In this document: positions 47,201-60,880 of the stretch, in pieces | Layout: each line of letters opens with the position of its first letter | Position numbering within the stretch: the first letter of the stretch is position 1 | Assembly (NCBI RefSeq): GCF_964213995.1 | Contig: NC_135830.1 | Span: forward strand, 13,888,001-13,952,000 | DNA from: Mustelus asterias | Taxonomy: Eukaryota | Reading direction: 5' to 3' | Length of the DNA stretch: 64,000 bases | Translations under genes and position numbers: made by a program | The notes under the pieces: generated by a model | Seen by the model: only the letters and a program-made list of their open reading frames with translations | Told to the model about the DNA's origin: nothing | Database searches by the model: none

Positions 47201-47823
47201 CCCCTCAGTTAATTTGATTTAGTTTACTTGTTTACTCAATAAGATTGACACCAATCTCTCCTATCTGATGATTTTGTAGCCCCTTTTTCATAAAAGATAT
47301 ACACAAGTTTGTTATTTCAATTAGACCTGTCTTCATTTCCGAGCCGAGGGGATTTCTGTACCAGACGGGAGGGGTAACATTTGGGAACGCTTGATTCTCC
47401 ACCAATTCCCATTCCCCTTCTTTCTGGGGGATAACGGAGCTCTCACTGTGTGTAATGCGCAGGTCAGTAAGAATTGTCAGCAAGGATTAATCAGCACTTT
47501 CTAATTGGAGATGTTCATCAGTAGAACCTCTCAGACACTGAATTGTTGAGTTTGAACCAAAGATCAATTTAGGATTGAAGTAAAAGTTCAATATTTGTGG
47601 CAAACTGATTGCTGGTGGATTTCTCTGAATGATCACAGACACATATTCTTAAAGGGAGGCTGCAGGCCCAAGAACACAATCAGCTAACTAACTAGAATCT
47701 TAAACTCCAGCCAGAACTATGGTTGGTCACATCAGAGAGACAAACCTGAATTGTCAGAATGAACATGGTTCAGTCCTGGGTACAGTGAACGCCAGCAACA
47801 TCAGTGGAATCCAAACCCTTCAG

Positions 47824-48560
<737 letters not shown>

Positions 48561-49654
48561 CCAATGATACTCACACTCTGATTCATTGAGTATCAGATGT
48601 TGATGTGACGTTTGGTTTGCATTTCCTATCTCCAAATCCTCTGCTTCTAATAACCTGATAAAGGAGTTTAAAAGGTCAGCACTGTCAGTACAAGATAGAA
48701 ATTCAGAACAGACAGTTCTCATTTGGTGGAATATTTTTCACTTTCATTCCCCAAATGACTTTGACTCTGAATTGATCCTTACTTGAATATTTTCTCCACA
48801 AATCCTCAGCTTCTAATATGCTGTCAATGGGGTTTACAAATGTAACCAAATGTCAGTCCAAGACAGAAACTCTGAACAAACAATTCTAGTTTCTCTGGAA
48901 CATTTTATCCTCTCTTGTTCCCCCAAATCTGTAAATTCCCATCCCACACACTCTCTGGATATCCAAATTAAGTTTTAGATAATTTTTTCCAGATCCTTTT
49001 AAAGTAAAGTCCATTTATTAGTCACAAGTAGGCTTACATTAACACCGCAATGAAGTTACCATGAAAATCCCCTAGTCGCCACACTCCAGCGCCTGTTCGG
49101 GTACACTGAGAGAGAATTTAGCATGGCCAATGCACCTAACCAGCACATTTTTCAGATTGTGGAAGGAAACCGGAGCACCCGGAGGAAACCCACGCAGACA
49201 CAGGGAGGACATGCAAACTCCACACAGACCCAATCTGGGAATTGAACCCGGGTCCCTGGCGCTGAAAAGCAGCAGTGCTAACCACTGTACCATTTGTCAA
49301 ATTTTTGACAAATTTAACAAAAAAACCCAATTTTAACAAAAATAACAAACTGAACATAACTTCATTCATATCTTGTGACAAAACAGGAATCTGAATCTTG
49401 TGCCCAGAATGGAATGTGTGGAGATTTTCTCAGAGAAGCCTCAGTCACCATCACTGAGACGAACTTTAAATTGTAAATTGTATTAATTGAATGGATTTGA
49501 AGCCCTGTCCCCAGAACATTGTGCTGTCTCTCTGGATTACTAATGCAGTGACATTGTCACTCGGTCAGTGTGTGTCCCCTTCTCTCTTTGTTGGAGATGG
49601 TTTGTGGGGAGAAGCCGGAAGCGGTGGACAGGGAGAGTGGAGAATGTTCATTGT

Positions 49655-50200
49655 AAACCCCGCCCCTCGGCACTGACCTCTCACCCGACACCTCACAATG
49701 CCCGGGGACTGATTGACGGCAGGTCCTGGCCAATAGAAGGAGAGGAAGCTGGACGGTCGCGAGGGAGCTGCTGGTCCTCCGACCAATCGGAGTGAATGAG
49801 GGGCGGGGCTGAGTGAAGCATGCGCAGTGTGATTAATGGCGGCGAAGACATTCTTTCTCGGATCCACAATCAGTAAAGGTGGGAATGGCGGGGCGGAGGA
49901 CGCGATAGACCAGGCGGGGGTTTGGAGAGGCGTCGTAAACATGTTACGTAAACTGCGAACTCTTAAAAAGAACTGAGCGATATCAGAGGATGGTCCCAGC
50001 CCTCAGCGCAGAGCAGGGCCTCAGCATTCTCCCAGTTCCAGACCCGGGTTAATCAGGGCCATCGTCATCAGGGCACGAGCAACACGGCGCATGCGCAGTC
50101 GCCGTCTTCAGTCGGCGCACCAGCAACACGGCGCGTGCGCAGTCGCCGTCTTCAGTCGGCGCACGAGCAACACGGCGCATGCGCAGTCGCCATCTTTGTT
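49655..50200. promoter_or_regulatory. CpG-rich, probably bidirectional promoter between ZNF-8 (-) and ZNF-9 (+)
   Basis: GC boxes, CCAAT boxes and NRF1-like GCGCATGCGCA in a 44-bp repeat (50073, 50117, 50161); YY1-like CGCCATCTTT at ~50188. Confidence 0.7.
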
Positions 50201-52523
50201 TGGGGCAATGTTTTGGAATTATCATAGAAACCCTACAGTACAGAAAGAGGCCATTCGGCCCATCGAGTCTGCACCGACCACAATCCCACCCAGGCTCTAC
50301 CCCCATATCCCTACATATTTTACCCACTAATCCCTCTAATCTATGCATCCCAGGACTCTAAGGGGCAATTTAGAATGGCCAATCAACCTAACCCACACAT
50401 CTTTGGACTGTGGGAGGAAACCGGAGCACCCGGAGGAAACCCACGCAAACACGAGGAGAATGTGCAAACTCCACACAGACAGTGACCCAAGCCGGGAATC
50501 GAACCCAGGTCCCTGGAGCTGTGAAGCAGCAGTGCTAACCACTGTGCTACCGTGCCGCCCCAAAATTACCACTGACAGAATGTGAATAATTTGACCATCA
50601 AACTGCTTTACCCTTTCACTTCCAATTTCTTACTGATGAGAACAACGATATCAGGGCAGTTGCAATCATTTATATTCATATTGTGTCTTTAACATAATAA
50701 AACAGCCTCAGACATTTTCTCACAAATATTATACTGTGATATTTGATACTGAGCCATATTAGGACAGGTGACCAAAGGTTTGGTCAAAGAGGTGGGTTTT
50801 AAAGAAAGCACAGGTGATGGACAGGCAGAGAGATTTAAAGAAGAGATTGCAGAGCTTGTGGCCTGTGCAACCGAAAGGATGATTTGTAATGGTATAATGA
50901 TTAAAACTGAGAATGCTCAAGAGGAATTAGATTATCGTTGAGATCTCAGAGGAGTGTGTGGCTGGAGAAGATTACAGACACAGGAATGATTGTAACCATG
51001 GAGGAAAACAAAGATGAGAATTTTAAAATTCTGATGCTTCTTAAAAGGAAGCATTTGTAGATCAGCAAGCACAGGGGCGATGGGTGAACATGATTTGGTG
51101 TGAGAAAGCATATGGACAGTTTAGGATGGTTTGGAGGGGGTTGCTTAATGTTGGAGGCCGGTTGGAACTGTATTGGAATTGTTTAGTCTAGAGGTAAGAC
51201 AGGAATGGATGATGGTTTCTGCAGCGACATGGTGGCACAGTGGTTAGCACTGCTGCCTCACAGTGCCAGGGACCCGGGTTCGATTCCCAGCTTGGGTCAC
51301 TGTCTGTGTGGAGTCTTCACATTCTCCCCGTGTCTGCGTGGGTTTCCTCCAGGTGCTCCGGTTTCCTTCCATACTCCAAAGATGTGTGGATTAGGTTGAT
51401 TGGCTATGCTAAATTGCCCCATAGTGTCAGGGTTTAGCAGGGTAAATACATGGGGCGATGGGGATAGGGCCAAGGTGGGATTGTTGGCGGTGTGGGCTTT
51501 ATGGGCCAAATGGCCTCCTTCTGAACTGTAGAGATTCTATGATTAACTGAGGCTAAGGCAGAGTTGGGGGATGTTACTGAGGTGGGGGGAACCAAAGATG
51601 TGCGGGTTAGGTTGATTGGCCATGTTAAAATTGTCCCTTAGCGTCCTGAGATGTGTAGGTTAGAGGGATTAGTGGGTAAAATGTGTAGGAATATGGGGGT
51701 GGGGCCTGGGTGGGATTGTGGTCGGTGCAGACTCGATGGGCCGAATGGCCTGTTTCTACACTGTAGGGTTTCTATGATTTCTATGAAAATAGATGATTTT
51801 GGTGATGATGTGGATATGTGGTCTAAAACTCTTCTCAAGTAAGACACCATGGTTGTGAACAACTTATTCAGATATTTAACATGGAGAGGGCGGAGTCAGT
51901 TGTGAGGGTGGTGAAGTTTGTAGTGGGGACTGAAGACAGTGACTCCAGTCTTCCCGATATTCAAATGCTGGAAAATTCTGCTCATGCAGTAATTGATGTC
52001 AGACAAGTCAAGATGTTGTATGAGTTGGAGGGGAACTAGGAGGTGATGATCTTCACATGCACCTACTACCCTGGTCCAGCTAAATGGTGGAGGTTGAGAT
52101 ATTAGGAGATTCTGTCAGAGTTCTGGTCAGGATGTAGATGTAGAGAAACCCTCTCCTTCACCCTCTGCTTCTTCCACCTCTCTCACCCCTTCGATAGATA
52201 TTGGTTCATGTGTCAGTCCAGACCAGGTGGCAGGTTTCCTTCCCTGAAGCATGAGTGAATCAGTTGGGTTTTTATGACGATCCAGCAGCTTTCATGGCCA
52301 CTTTTTCTTAATGCCGGCCCCACAAATGACCCCATTCATTCAGCTCAATTTCACAACCTGTTTTTGTGTGTTCTCTCTCACTCCCTTTTTTTCTGTTTTA
52401 AATCAATTTCATCGTGTCTTAGAAGATTAGGATTTGCAGTTGGGAAACTGAAACCAAATTCCACATCAGGATCTCACAGAGTCGCCTCATTCTTTGTGAC
52501 CGGAATATCATCGGATTTTGAAC

Positions 52524-53393
52524 ATGGAAGGAAAAAGCACCGTTCACAGTGGGGAGAAACCTTACTCGTGGTCCGTTTGTGGACAAGACTTCAACCAATC
52601 ATCTGGCCTGTTAAAACATAAATGCAGTCATGATGGGGAGAAGCCGTGGAAATGTGGGGTCTGTGGGAAGGGATTCAATTACCCATCCCAGCTGGAAACC
52701 CATCGGCGTGGTCACACCGGGGAGAGGCCGTTCACCTGCTCGGACTGCGGGAAGGGATTCACTAAGTTATCCACCCTGCAAAATCACCAGCGCACACACA
52801 CTGGGCAGAGGCCATTCACCTGCTCTTTGTGTGGGAAGGGATTCACTCAGTCATCCACCCTGATTAAACACAAACTAATTCACACTGGGGAGAGACCATT
52901 CACCTGCTCTGTGTGTGGGATGGGATTCACTCAGTCATCCACGCTGCTGACACACCAGCGAGTTCACACCGGGGAGAAACGATTCACCTGCTCTGAGTGT
53001 GGAAAGGGATTCACTCACAAATCCACCCTGCTGACACACCAGCAAGTTCACACGAGGCAGAGACCATTCACCTGCTCCCAGTGTGGGAAGGGATTTGTTA
53101 ATTCATCCATCCTAATTACACACCAAAGAGGCCACACTGATGAGAGACCGTTTAAGTGTCTGAAGTGTGGGAAATGTTTTAAAACCTCTCAGGAACTGGT
53201 GTCCCATCAACAAGTTCACACTGACGAGAAACCATTCAGATGCTCTCACTGTGGGACTGGGTTCAGGCGATCATCTCATCTCACTGTCCATCAGCGGGTT
53301 CACACCGGGGAGAGACCATTCACCTGCTCCAAGTGTGGGAAGAGATTCACTCAGTCATCCGCATTGCTGAGACACCAGCAAGTTCATAAATAA
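52524..53393 (+). CDS. KRAB-less C2H2 zinc-finger protein (ZNF-9), 9 canonical fingers + 1 degenerate
   Basis: Intact [22 protein letters not shown]...HQQVHK. Confidence 0.9.
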   Translation: MEGKSTVHSGEKPYSWSVCGQDFNQSSGLLKHKCSHDGEKPWKCGVCGKGFNYPSQLETHRRGHTGERPFTCSDCGKGFTKLSTLQNHQRTHTGQRPFTCSLCGKGFTQSSTLIKHKLIHTGERPFTCSVCGMGFTQSSTLLTHQRVHTGEKRFTCSECGKGFTHKSTLLTHQQVHTRQRPFTCSQCGKGFVNSSILITHQRGHTDERPFKCLKCGKCFKTSQELVSHQQVHTDEKPFRCSHCGTGFRRSSHLTVHQRVHTGERPFTCSKCGKRFTQSSALLRHQQVHK

Positions 53394-55479
53394 CTGGAGA
53401 TTGGATGTTGTTGTCAGTCACATTATGGTCTGCACCTGCTGATGTTAATAAACTTCAGGCCAGTTATAGAGGCGAATATTCTGCACAAAATTCAAATACA
53501 CCGTCTTTGTGTTAATGTATTGTCTGTTGTCTTTTTTAAAAATGTGTGAATGGTTCTCCTTTTGAAGGGCCTCTCTCCCGTCTCCTCCATCCTCATCTTC
53601 AACAACAAGTGTGAGGAGCTCGTGGAGCTTCTTTGTCTCTAAGATTGAGACAATCTGATCAGCTGCCTCTGCTGCTTCCCTCCCTTCCACTGGACCACCA
53701 GACAAAACTCTCTCTGAAATTTCCCTTTCTCCAAGTACTGAACTCACATCTTTCTCCAATTCCTCTGCTATCTCCCATCAAACCCTCTCACTGCTCATCT
53801 TGTCCATGAGACCTCCCTTCTTCTCCCTTTACCCTCTAAACCACTGATAACCCAACTTCCCCACATTATCTAATATTGTCAATGGTTCTCTCTTTTGATA
53901 CTGTCCCTCTCATCTGTAACTCACCTTCACTGGTGAATCTCCCCTGCACCCCCTCCAATGCAATCACATCCTTCTTATAATGTGGCGACCAGAACTGCAC
54001 ACAGTATTCTAGCAGTGACCTCACCACAGTTCTATGCAACTCCAACATGACTTCCTTGCTTTTGTAATCTATACCTCAATTGATAAAGGCAAGTGTCCTA
54101 CATGCCTTTTTCACCAGCCTACTAACATACACTTCTCTCCTCAGAGATCTATGGACAATCACACCCAGGTCCCTTTGTTCCACAGAGCTTACTAGTGTCA
54201 TGCTGTTCACTGAATTTTTCCTTGTCAAATTACTCCTTCCAAAAAGTGTATCGCCTCACACTCAGCCTACCACTTATCTGCCCATTTGACCATTCTGTCC
54301 ATATCTTCCTGTAGCCCAAGACACTCACCCTCACTGATTTTGATTTGATTTGATTTGTTATTGTCACATGTTTCTTGCACGCTATAAGACAAAACATACC
54401 ATTCATAGAGAAGGAAACGAGAGAGTGCAGAATATAGTGTTACAGTCATAGCTGGGGCGTAGAGAAAGATCAACTTAATGCAAGGTAAGTCCATTCAAAA
54501 GTCAGACAGTAGCAGGGAAGAAGCTGTTCTTGAGTCAGTTGGTACGTGACCTTAGACTTTTGTATCTTTTTCCCGAATGAAGAAGGTGGAAGAGAGAATG
54601 TCCAGGGTGCGTGGGGTCCTTAATTATGCTGGCTGCTTTGCCGAGGCAGCGGAAAGTGTAGCTGCGTCAATGGATGGGAGGCTGGTTTGCGTGATGTATT
54701 GGGCTCCATTCACGACCTTTTGTAGTTCCTTGCGGTCTTGGGCAGATCACCTGGCCAATCTTTGTATCATCCTCAAACCTACCAATCCTATCCCCCACAT
54801 AGTCATCTATGTCATTTATATAAATGATAATAGGGGCTCGCCACTGGACCCTGGCCTCCAGTTACTAAAGCAGCCTTCTGTCATCACCCTCTGTCTTCTA
54901 CAACTGAGCCAATGTTGAATCCACTTTATCAAATTACTGAGTATCCCATGCCCACTATTTTGAGGAAGAGCAGGGGAATTATCCCGAGTCCAGGCCAATA
55001 TCTATCAATCAACATCACTAAAAACACATCAACAGACATTGTTTGTGGGCTCTTGCTGTGTGTAAATTGGCTGCCACATTTCCTAAATTACAACAGTGAC
55101 TACACTTCAGAATGGCTGTAAAATGTTCTGGGACTTACTGTGGATGTGTAAGATGCTATGTAAATGCAAGTCTGTAAATGTAAGATGTTATCTGATCCAA
55201 CCATTACAATATAATGATCTGTTAGATTACACTTCAAATCTACTTCATTGGCTGCAAAATGCTTTCGGAGATCCTGTGGTCCTGAAAGTTGCTGTAGAAA
55301 TGCAACTGGGGTTGAACAATGCGAACAGGGGGTCTGTAGCTGCCAGTTCTGGATTCCCAGCCTCCACAGGGTGTTTATTTACCCTCTCAAACCCAAATAC
55401 CGGCCCCATTCCTCCCGCTCACCTCCAGTTTCTGAATCTGAATCGCTGTCAATTTCCCTCCAACAACATCGCTCCAGTA

Positions 55480-55700
55480 TCGGCACTGCGCATGCTCCCG
55501 TTCACAATGCCCGGGGATTGATTGACGGCAGCTCCGGACCAATAGGAAGATGGGGCGGGGCTGGAGGACCGAGCGGGAGCGGCTGGTCCTCCAACCAATC
55601 GGAGTGAATGAGGGGCGGGGCTGGAGGACCGAGCGGGAGTGGCTGTTCCTCCAACCAATGGGAGTGAATGGCGGGGGGCGGGGAGAGCCTGGAGCTCCCT
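55480..55700. promoter_or_regulatory. Promoter module homologous to 49690-49830, with a 60-bp GC-box/CCAAT unit repeated
   Basis: TGCGCATGC, GATTGATTGACGGCAG and CCAAT; GGGGCGGGGCTGGAGGACC at 55552 and 55612. Confidence 0.55.
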
Positions 55701-58700
55701 CATTGGCTGAAACTCTGCATCAAAGTAAAGTTTATTTATCAGTCACAAGTAGGCTTACATTAACACCGCAATGAAGTTACTGTAAAATTTCCCTAGTCGC
55801 CACACTCCGGCACCTATTCGGGTCAATGCACCTAACCAACACGTCTTTCAGACTGTGGGAGGAAACCGGAGGAAACTCACGCAGACACAGGGAGAATGTG
55901 CAAACTCCACACAGACAGTGACCCAAGCCGGGAATCGAACCCGGGTCTTTGGCGCTGTGAGGCAGCAGTGCTGCCTTCATTTTAAAAGTTGCTCTGTGTC
56001 AAACTCCAGGAGAAAACTGGACCTTTCTGTTTGTGGCTTTAAACAGATGGAGCCCAGTGGGTTCGGAGCAAACAGATCAACATTTGTCACTGAAATGTGG
56101 GAGCATGAGAGAGCAATTCACAACAATTGTAGGGCTGAGTTAAAGGAATAACTGAGCAGACAGGGATTGTCACCATTAAAACAACAGACCCTTGTTTCAG
56201 TAAATGAACCGACAAGAGGGTTAGGGCAGGTTTGGATAAGGTTAATACTGTCATCATTCAGAACAACACAGACTATAAAGGAACAACTGATCTGAGAGAA
56301 AAATTCATGTGCTGTGAGGGAGAGGTATGCTGAATCAGGTTCAAAGATCTTAAACAATGTTTCTTCTTGAATCACTACAGTGGAGAAAGAGGCCAGTCAG
56401 CCCATCGAGTCTCACCGACTCTTCCTCGGCTTACCCCTAACCCATACACTAAGAGGCAATTTGCCATGGCCAATCCACCTAACCTGCACATCTTGGGAGT
56501 GTGGGAGGAAACTGGAGCACTCTGAGCAAACCTATGCAGACACAGAGAGAACGTGCAAACTCCACACAGAGAGCTGTGGCACAGTGGTTAGCACTGCTAC
56601 CTCAGAGTGCCAGGGATCCGGTTCAATTCCGGTCTTGGGTGACTGTCTGTGTGAAGTTCGCATGTTCTCTCCGTATCTGCATGGGTTTCCTCCGGGTGCT
56701 CAGGTTTCCTCCCACAGTCTGAAAGACATGCTGGTTAGGTGCATTGGCTGTGCTAAATTCTCCTTCAGTGTACCCAAACAGGCGCCGAGTGTGGCGACTA
56801 GGGGATTTTCATAGTAACTTCATTGCAGTGTTAATGTAAGCTTACTTGTAATACCTGAGCCCAGAATTGAACTCAGGTCCCTGGCGTTGCTGATCACTGT
56901 GCCACCCTGCTGCCTGTGTTTTGAAAAATCATGTTAAAATCTGGAACTCAGATAGGGATATGGATTGGTGTTAAGTGGGAAAGTCTGGATCACTGCATTA
57001 CTCCAGAGAACCTTGGAATCAGATTTACAGAATGGATTCCTGTAATAGTGGCAATCCCATTGCTATGTGTTGGTCAGACTGAGGGAAGTATTTAAACTGG
57101 ACACCACAGGTGTGTTAAAGGATAACGTACTCATGGAATTTATGAATTATCTGAAAGAATATTGAGAGCAAAAAAATCAATCTGGAAAATTGTAGTCACT
57201 TCACGTTGTTCCAGGAGAAGTGGGATTAGGTTGTGTAGATGTCTGGTTTTACACAGCACACAGTCAGCCTGTGGTTTCACCCTGGACGAAGAATCTCTGA
57301 ATTGTACCATTCAAATCACTCAATGGGTTTATCAGGGGCCAGAATGTCTGCTCAGAAAGAGGAAGGTTGGTGTGAAACCAATGAGAAGTAACACAGACAC
57401 TCACAGACACCCTCACACACACAGACTCTCAGATGCCTCAAAATATCTCCTGTTACTTTATTGTTCTTAGATTTTTTGAAATAAATCCTGAATGAATTAT
57501 AAAATCACACACAAATACTTGTTGAGCATTCCCTGAAAGACATCGATGCTGTTCATTTCACTCCCTGTGGTCATGATTTCCATATTCTCACCACTCTTTG
57601 GGTGGAGAAATTTATCTTGGATTTCCTATTGGGTTTCTTGGCGACTGTCTTGTATTGATGGTCTCCAGTTTTGCCTTTCTCCAAAAGAAGAAACATTATT
57701 TCAAAACCTTTTATAATTTTGAAGCCCTCTATTAGGTTACTCCTCAGCCTTAATTTTTCAAGAAAGCGTGAGCGTGTCAATCCTTTCCTGATGGATAACC
57801 AAACACACAGTTTCAAAATCATTTATGGGATGTGGACATCGCTGGCTTGGCCAGCATTTATTGCTAACCTCTGATTGACCTTGAGAAGGTGGTGGTGAGC
57901 TGCTTTCTACATTTCTGGTATCATCATTCAAAATCATCTCTGTACCCTTCTCCAGTGCAGAGATATCTTTTTTATAATACGGTGACCAGAATGGCATGCA
58001 GTGGTCGGTAAGATTCTTGATCAGGGAGTCACAGGTTATCCAAAAGTGGTTTGAGCTTATCCATGGTTTTAAATCAGAATATTAAGAAGCAGCAATTTAG
58101 AAATGATGCATAATAAACAGGGGGAATAAAACAGCAGACCCATGGCAGGTGACTAGCTGGGGTCTCAGCACTGATCCTGCATTACCCCAATAATCACTGC
58201 CTGCCAGTTGGAAAAAGACCTGTTTAATCTTACTCTATTTCCTGTCTGCCAACAAGTTTTCAATCTCAATACATTCGCCCCAATCCCATGTGCTTCAATT
58301 TTTATGAAGAAGTTGCTGTGTTGGTGGACGAGGGGAATCGGGTTCACATTTTCTATCTCAGGGCATAATCAGCAACAACTTGTATTTACACAGAGTGTTG
58401 TGGGGCTGGAGGAGGTTACTGAGATACTGAGGAACTTTTTTAAATTAATTTTTACTGGATATAGGCGTCACTGGCTGGGCCAGCATTTCTTGCCCATCTC
58501 TAACTGCCCTCCATTTCAGAGGGCATTTGAGAGTCAACCACATTGCTGTGGGTCTGGAGTCACATGTAGGCCAGACCAAGTAAGGATGGCAGGTTTCCTT
58601 CCCGAAAGGACATGACTGAACCAGAGTGGTTTTGACAACGATCAACAATGGTTAAGGTTTGTCATTAGACTTTTAATTCGAGATTTTAATTGAATTCAAA

Positions 58701-58852
58701 TTTCACCATTGCCTGTGGTGGGATTCGAACCTGGGTCCCCAGAGCATTACCCTGAGTCCAGTGATAATCCCACTGTGCCACTGCCTCCTCTATTGATCCA
58801 ATTGTTATTGTTTATCTCAGGGCGCAGAAACAACAGAATCCAACGTTGCCGG

Positions 58853-60880
58853 TCACACATGAAGTCGTCTATGTTTCAGCAGGCTGTAATACTGAGTAAA
58901 TCCCTTCCCACACATGGAGCAGTTGAACGGTTTTGCCCCAGTGTGAACTCGCTGGTGTCTCTGCAGGCGGGATGGATCAGTGAATCCCTTCCCACACATG
59001 GAGCAGTTGAAAGGTTTTGCCCCAGTGTGAACTCGCTGGTGTCTCTGCAGACGGGATGGATCAGTGAATCCCTTCCCACACAGGGAGCAGGTGAACGGTT
59101 CTGTCGCAGTGTGAGCTCGCTGGTGTTTCAGCATATAGGATGAATCAGTGAATCCCTTCCCACACACAGAGCAGGTGAACGGCTTCTCCCCGGTGTGAAT
59201 GCGTTGGTGTCTCAGCAGGCTAGACGACTGAGCGAATCCCTTTCCACACACAGAGCACAGGAACGGCCTCTCTCCAGTGTGAACTCGCTGGTGTCTCTGC
59301 AGGTTGGATACCTGAGTGTATCCCTTCCCACACACAGAGCAGGTGAACGGCTTCTCCCCAGTGTGAACTCGCTGGTGTCTCTGCAGGTGGGATGGATCAG
59401 TGAATCCCTTCCCACACTGAGAGCAGGTGAACGGTTCTGTCGCAGTGTGAACTCGCTGGTGTCTCTGCAGGCTGGATACCTGAGTGAATCCCTTCCCACA
59501 CACAGAGCAGGTGAACGGCTTCTCCCCGGTGTGAACTCGCTGGTGTGTCTGCAGGCGGGATGAACCAATGAATCCCTTCCCACACACAGAGCAGGTGAAC
59601 GGCCTGTCCCCTGTGTGAATGTATTGGTGTCTCAGCAGGTCAGATGACTGGGTGAATCTCTTGCCACAAATGGAGCAAGAGAACGGCTTCTCCCCTGTGT
59701 GAGTGCGGCGGTGTGTCCGGAGGCTGGATGACTCGGTGAAAGCCTTCCCACACTCGGAGCAGATGAACGCCCTCTCCCCGGTGTGAACAGGCCGATGTTT
59801 CAGCAGGTGTTGTAAAGAAGCAAATGCTTTCCCACACACAGGGCAAACGTAAGGCCTCTCCCCTGTGTGAACACGCTCGTGTATCACAAGATGGGATGAA
59901 CAATGAAACATCTTCCCACACACGGAGCAGAGGAATGGCCTCTCCCCAGTGTGAACTCGCTGGTGCCTCAGAAGATAGTAAGACCGAGTGAATTCCTTCC
60001 CACACACCGAGCAGGTGAACAGCTTCTCCCCAGTGTGAACTCGCTGGTGTGTCAGCTGGTCAGATGATTGAACTTCTTCCTTTCTACACATTGAGGAGGT
60101 GAATGGTTTCCCTCCAGTGTGAATACTCTTGTGTGTCAAAAGGTGTGAAAATCGAGTGAATCCCTTCCCACGCAGGGAGCAGAGGAAAGGCCTCTCCCCA
60201 GTGTGAACTCGCTTGTGTGTCAGAAGATGAGATGAATGAGCGAATCTCTTCCCACAAACAGAACAGGGGTACGGCTTCTCCCCAGTGTGAGTGTCCTGGT
60301 GTCTCAGCAGACTAATCCTTCTTTTGAAGGTCTTCTCACATTTAAAACATTTAAAATGTCTCTTCTGAGAATGAACCAGTTGGTGAACGGTGCAGTGGGA
60401 GGACTGAGTGAATCTCTTCCCACACTGGGAGCAGCTGAATGGCCTGTCCTTGGTATGAACTGGTTGATGCTCAGTGAGATGCACTGAGTCGCCGAACGAC
60501 TCCCCACAGTGAGAGCAGCTGAACGGTCTCTCGTGTGTGTGAAGGAGCTGGTGCTCTGCAAGGCGGGAGGACTGGCTGAACCTCTTCCCGCAGTGGGAGC
60601 AGCTGAACGGTCTCTCGTCAGTGTGAAGGAGCTGGTGTTGGGCCTGTTCCTCAGGCGTCTCAACGCTGTCCTCAGAGTCAGAGCTTTGAAGAGGCTTCTC
60701 ATCAATGTGATCGAGTTGGTGAGCCAGCAGGTTGGACGAACACATGAATTTCTTCCCACACACGGAGCAGGTGAATGAACTCTCACTATTGCGAGCTCGC
60801 TGTCGTGTCAGCATGTTTCCCAGCTGTATCAATCCCTTCCCACAGGAGGAGCAAGGAAACAGATTCTCACCAGTTTCCAA
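58853..60880 (-). CDS. Long KRAB-less C2H2 zinc-finger protein (ZNF-10), ~20 canonical + ~4 degenerate fingers
   Basis: 675-codon open frame. It starts at TTG and the first ATG is at 60814, so the true start is uncertain. Candidate acceptor TTTTGCAG at ~60998. Confidence 0.9.
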   Translation of the reverse strand: METGENLFPCSSCGKGLIQLGNMLTRQRARNSESSFTCSVCGKKFMCSSNLLAHQLDHIDEKPLQSSDSEDSVETPEEQAQHQLLHTDERPFSCSHCGKRFSQSSRLAEHQLLHTHERPFSCSHCGESFGDSVHLTEHQPVHTKDRPFSCSQCGKRFTQSSHCTVHQLVHSQKRHFKCFKCEKTFKRRISLLRHQDTHTGEKPYPCSVCGKRFAHSSHLLTHKRVHTGERPFLCSLRGKGFTRFSHLLTHKSIHTGGKPFTSSMCRKEEVQSSDQLTHQRVHTGEKLFTCSVCGKEFTRSYYLLRHQRVHTGERPFLCSVCGKMFHCSSHLVIHERVHTGERPYVCPVCGKAFASLQHLLKHRPVHTGERAFICSECGKAFTESSSLRTHRRTHTGEKPFSCSICGKRFTQSSDLLRHQYIHTGDRPFTCSVCGKGFIGSSRLQTHQRVHTGEKPFTCSVCGKGFTQVSSLQRHQRVHTATEPFTCSQCGKGFTDPSHLQRHQRVHTGEKPFTCSVCGKGYTQVSNLQRHQRVHTGERPFLCSVCGKGFAQSSSLLRHQRIHTGEKPFTCSVCGKGFTDSSYMLKHQRAHTATEPFTCSLCGKGFTDPSRLQRHQRVHTGAKPFNCSMCGKGFTDPSRLQRHQRVHTGAKPFNCSMCGKGFTQYYSLLKHRRLHV

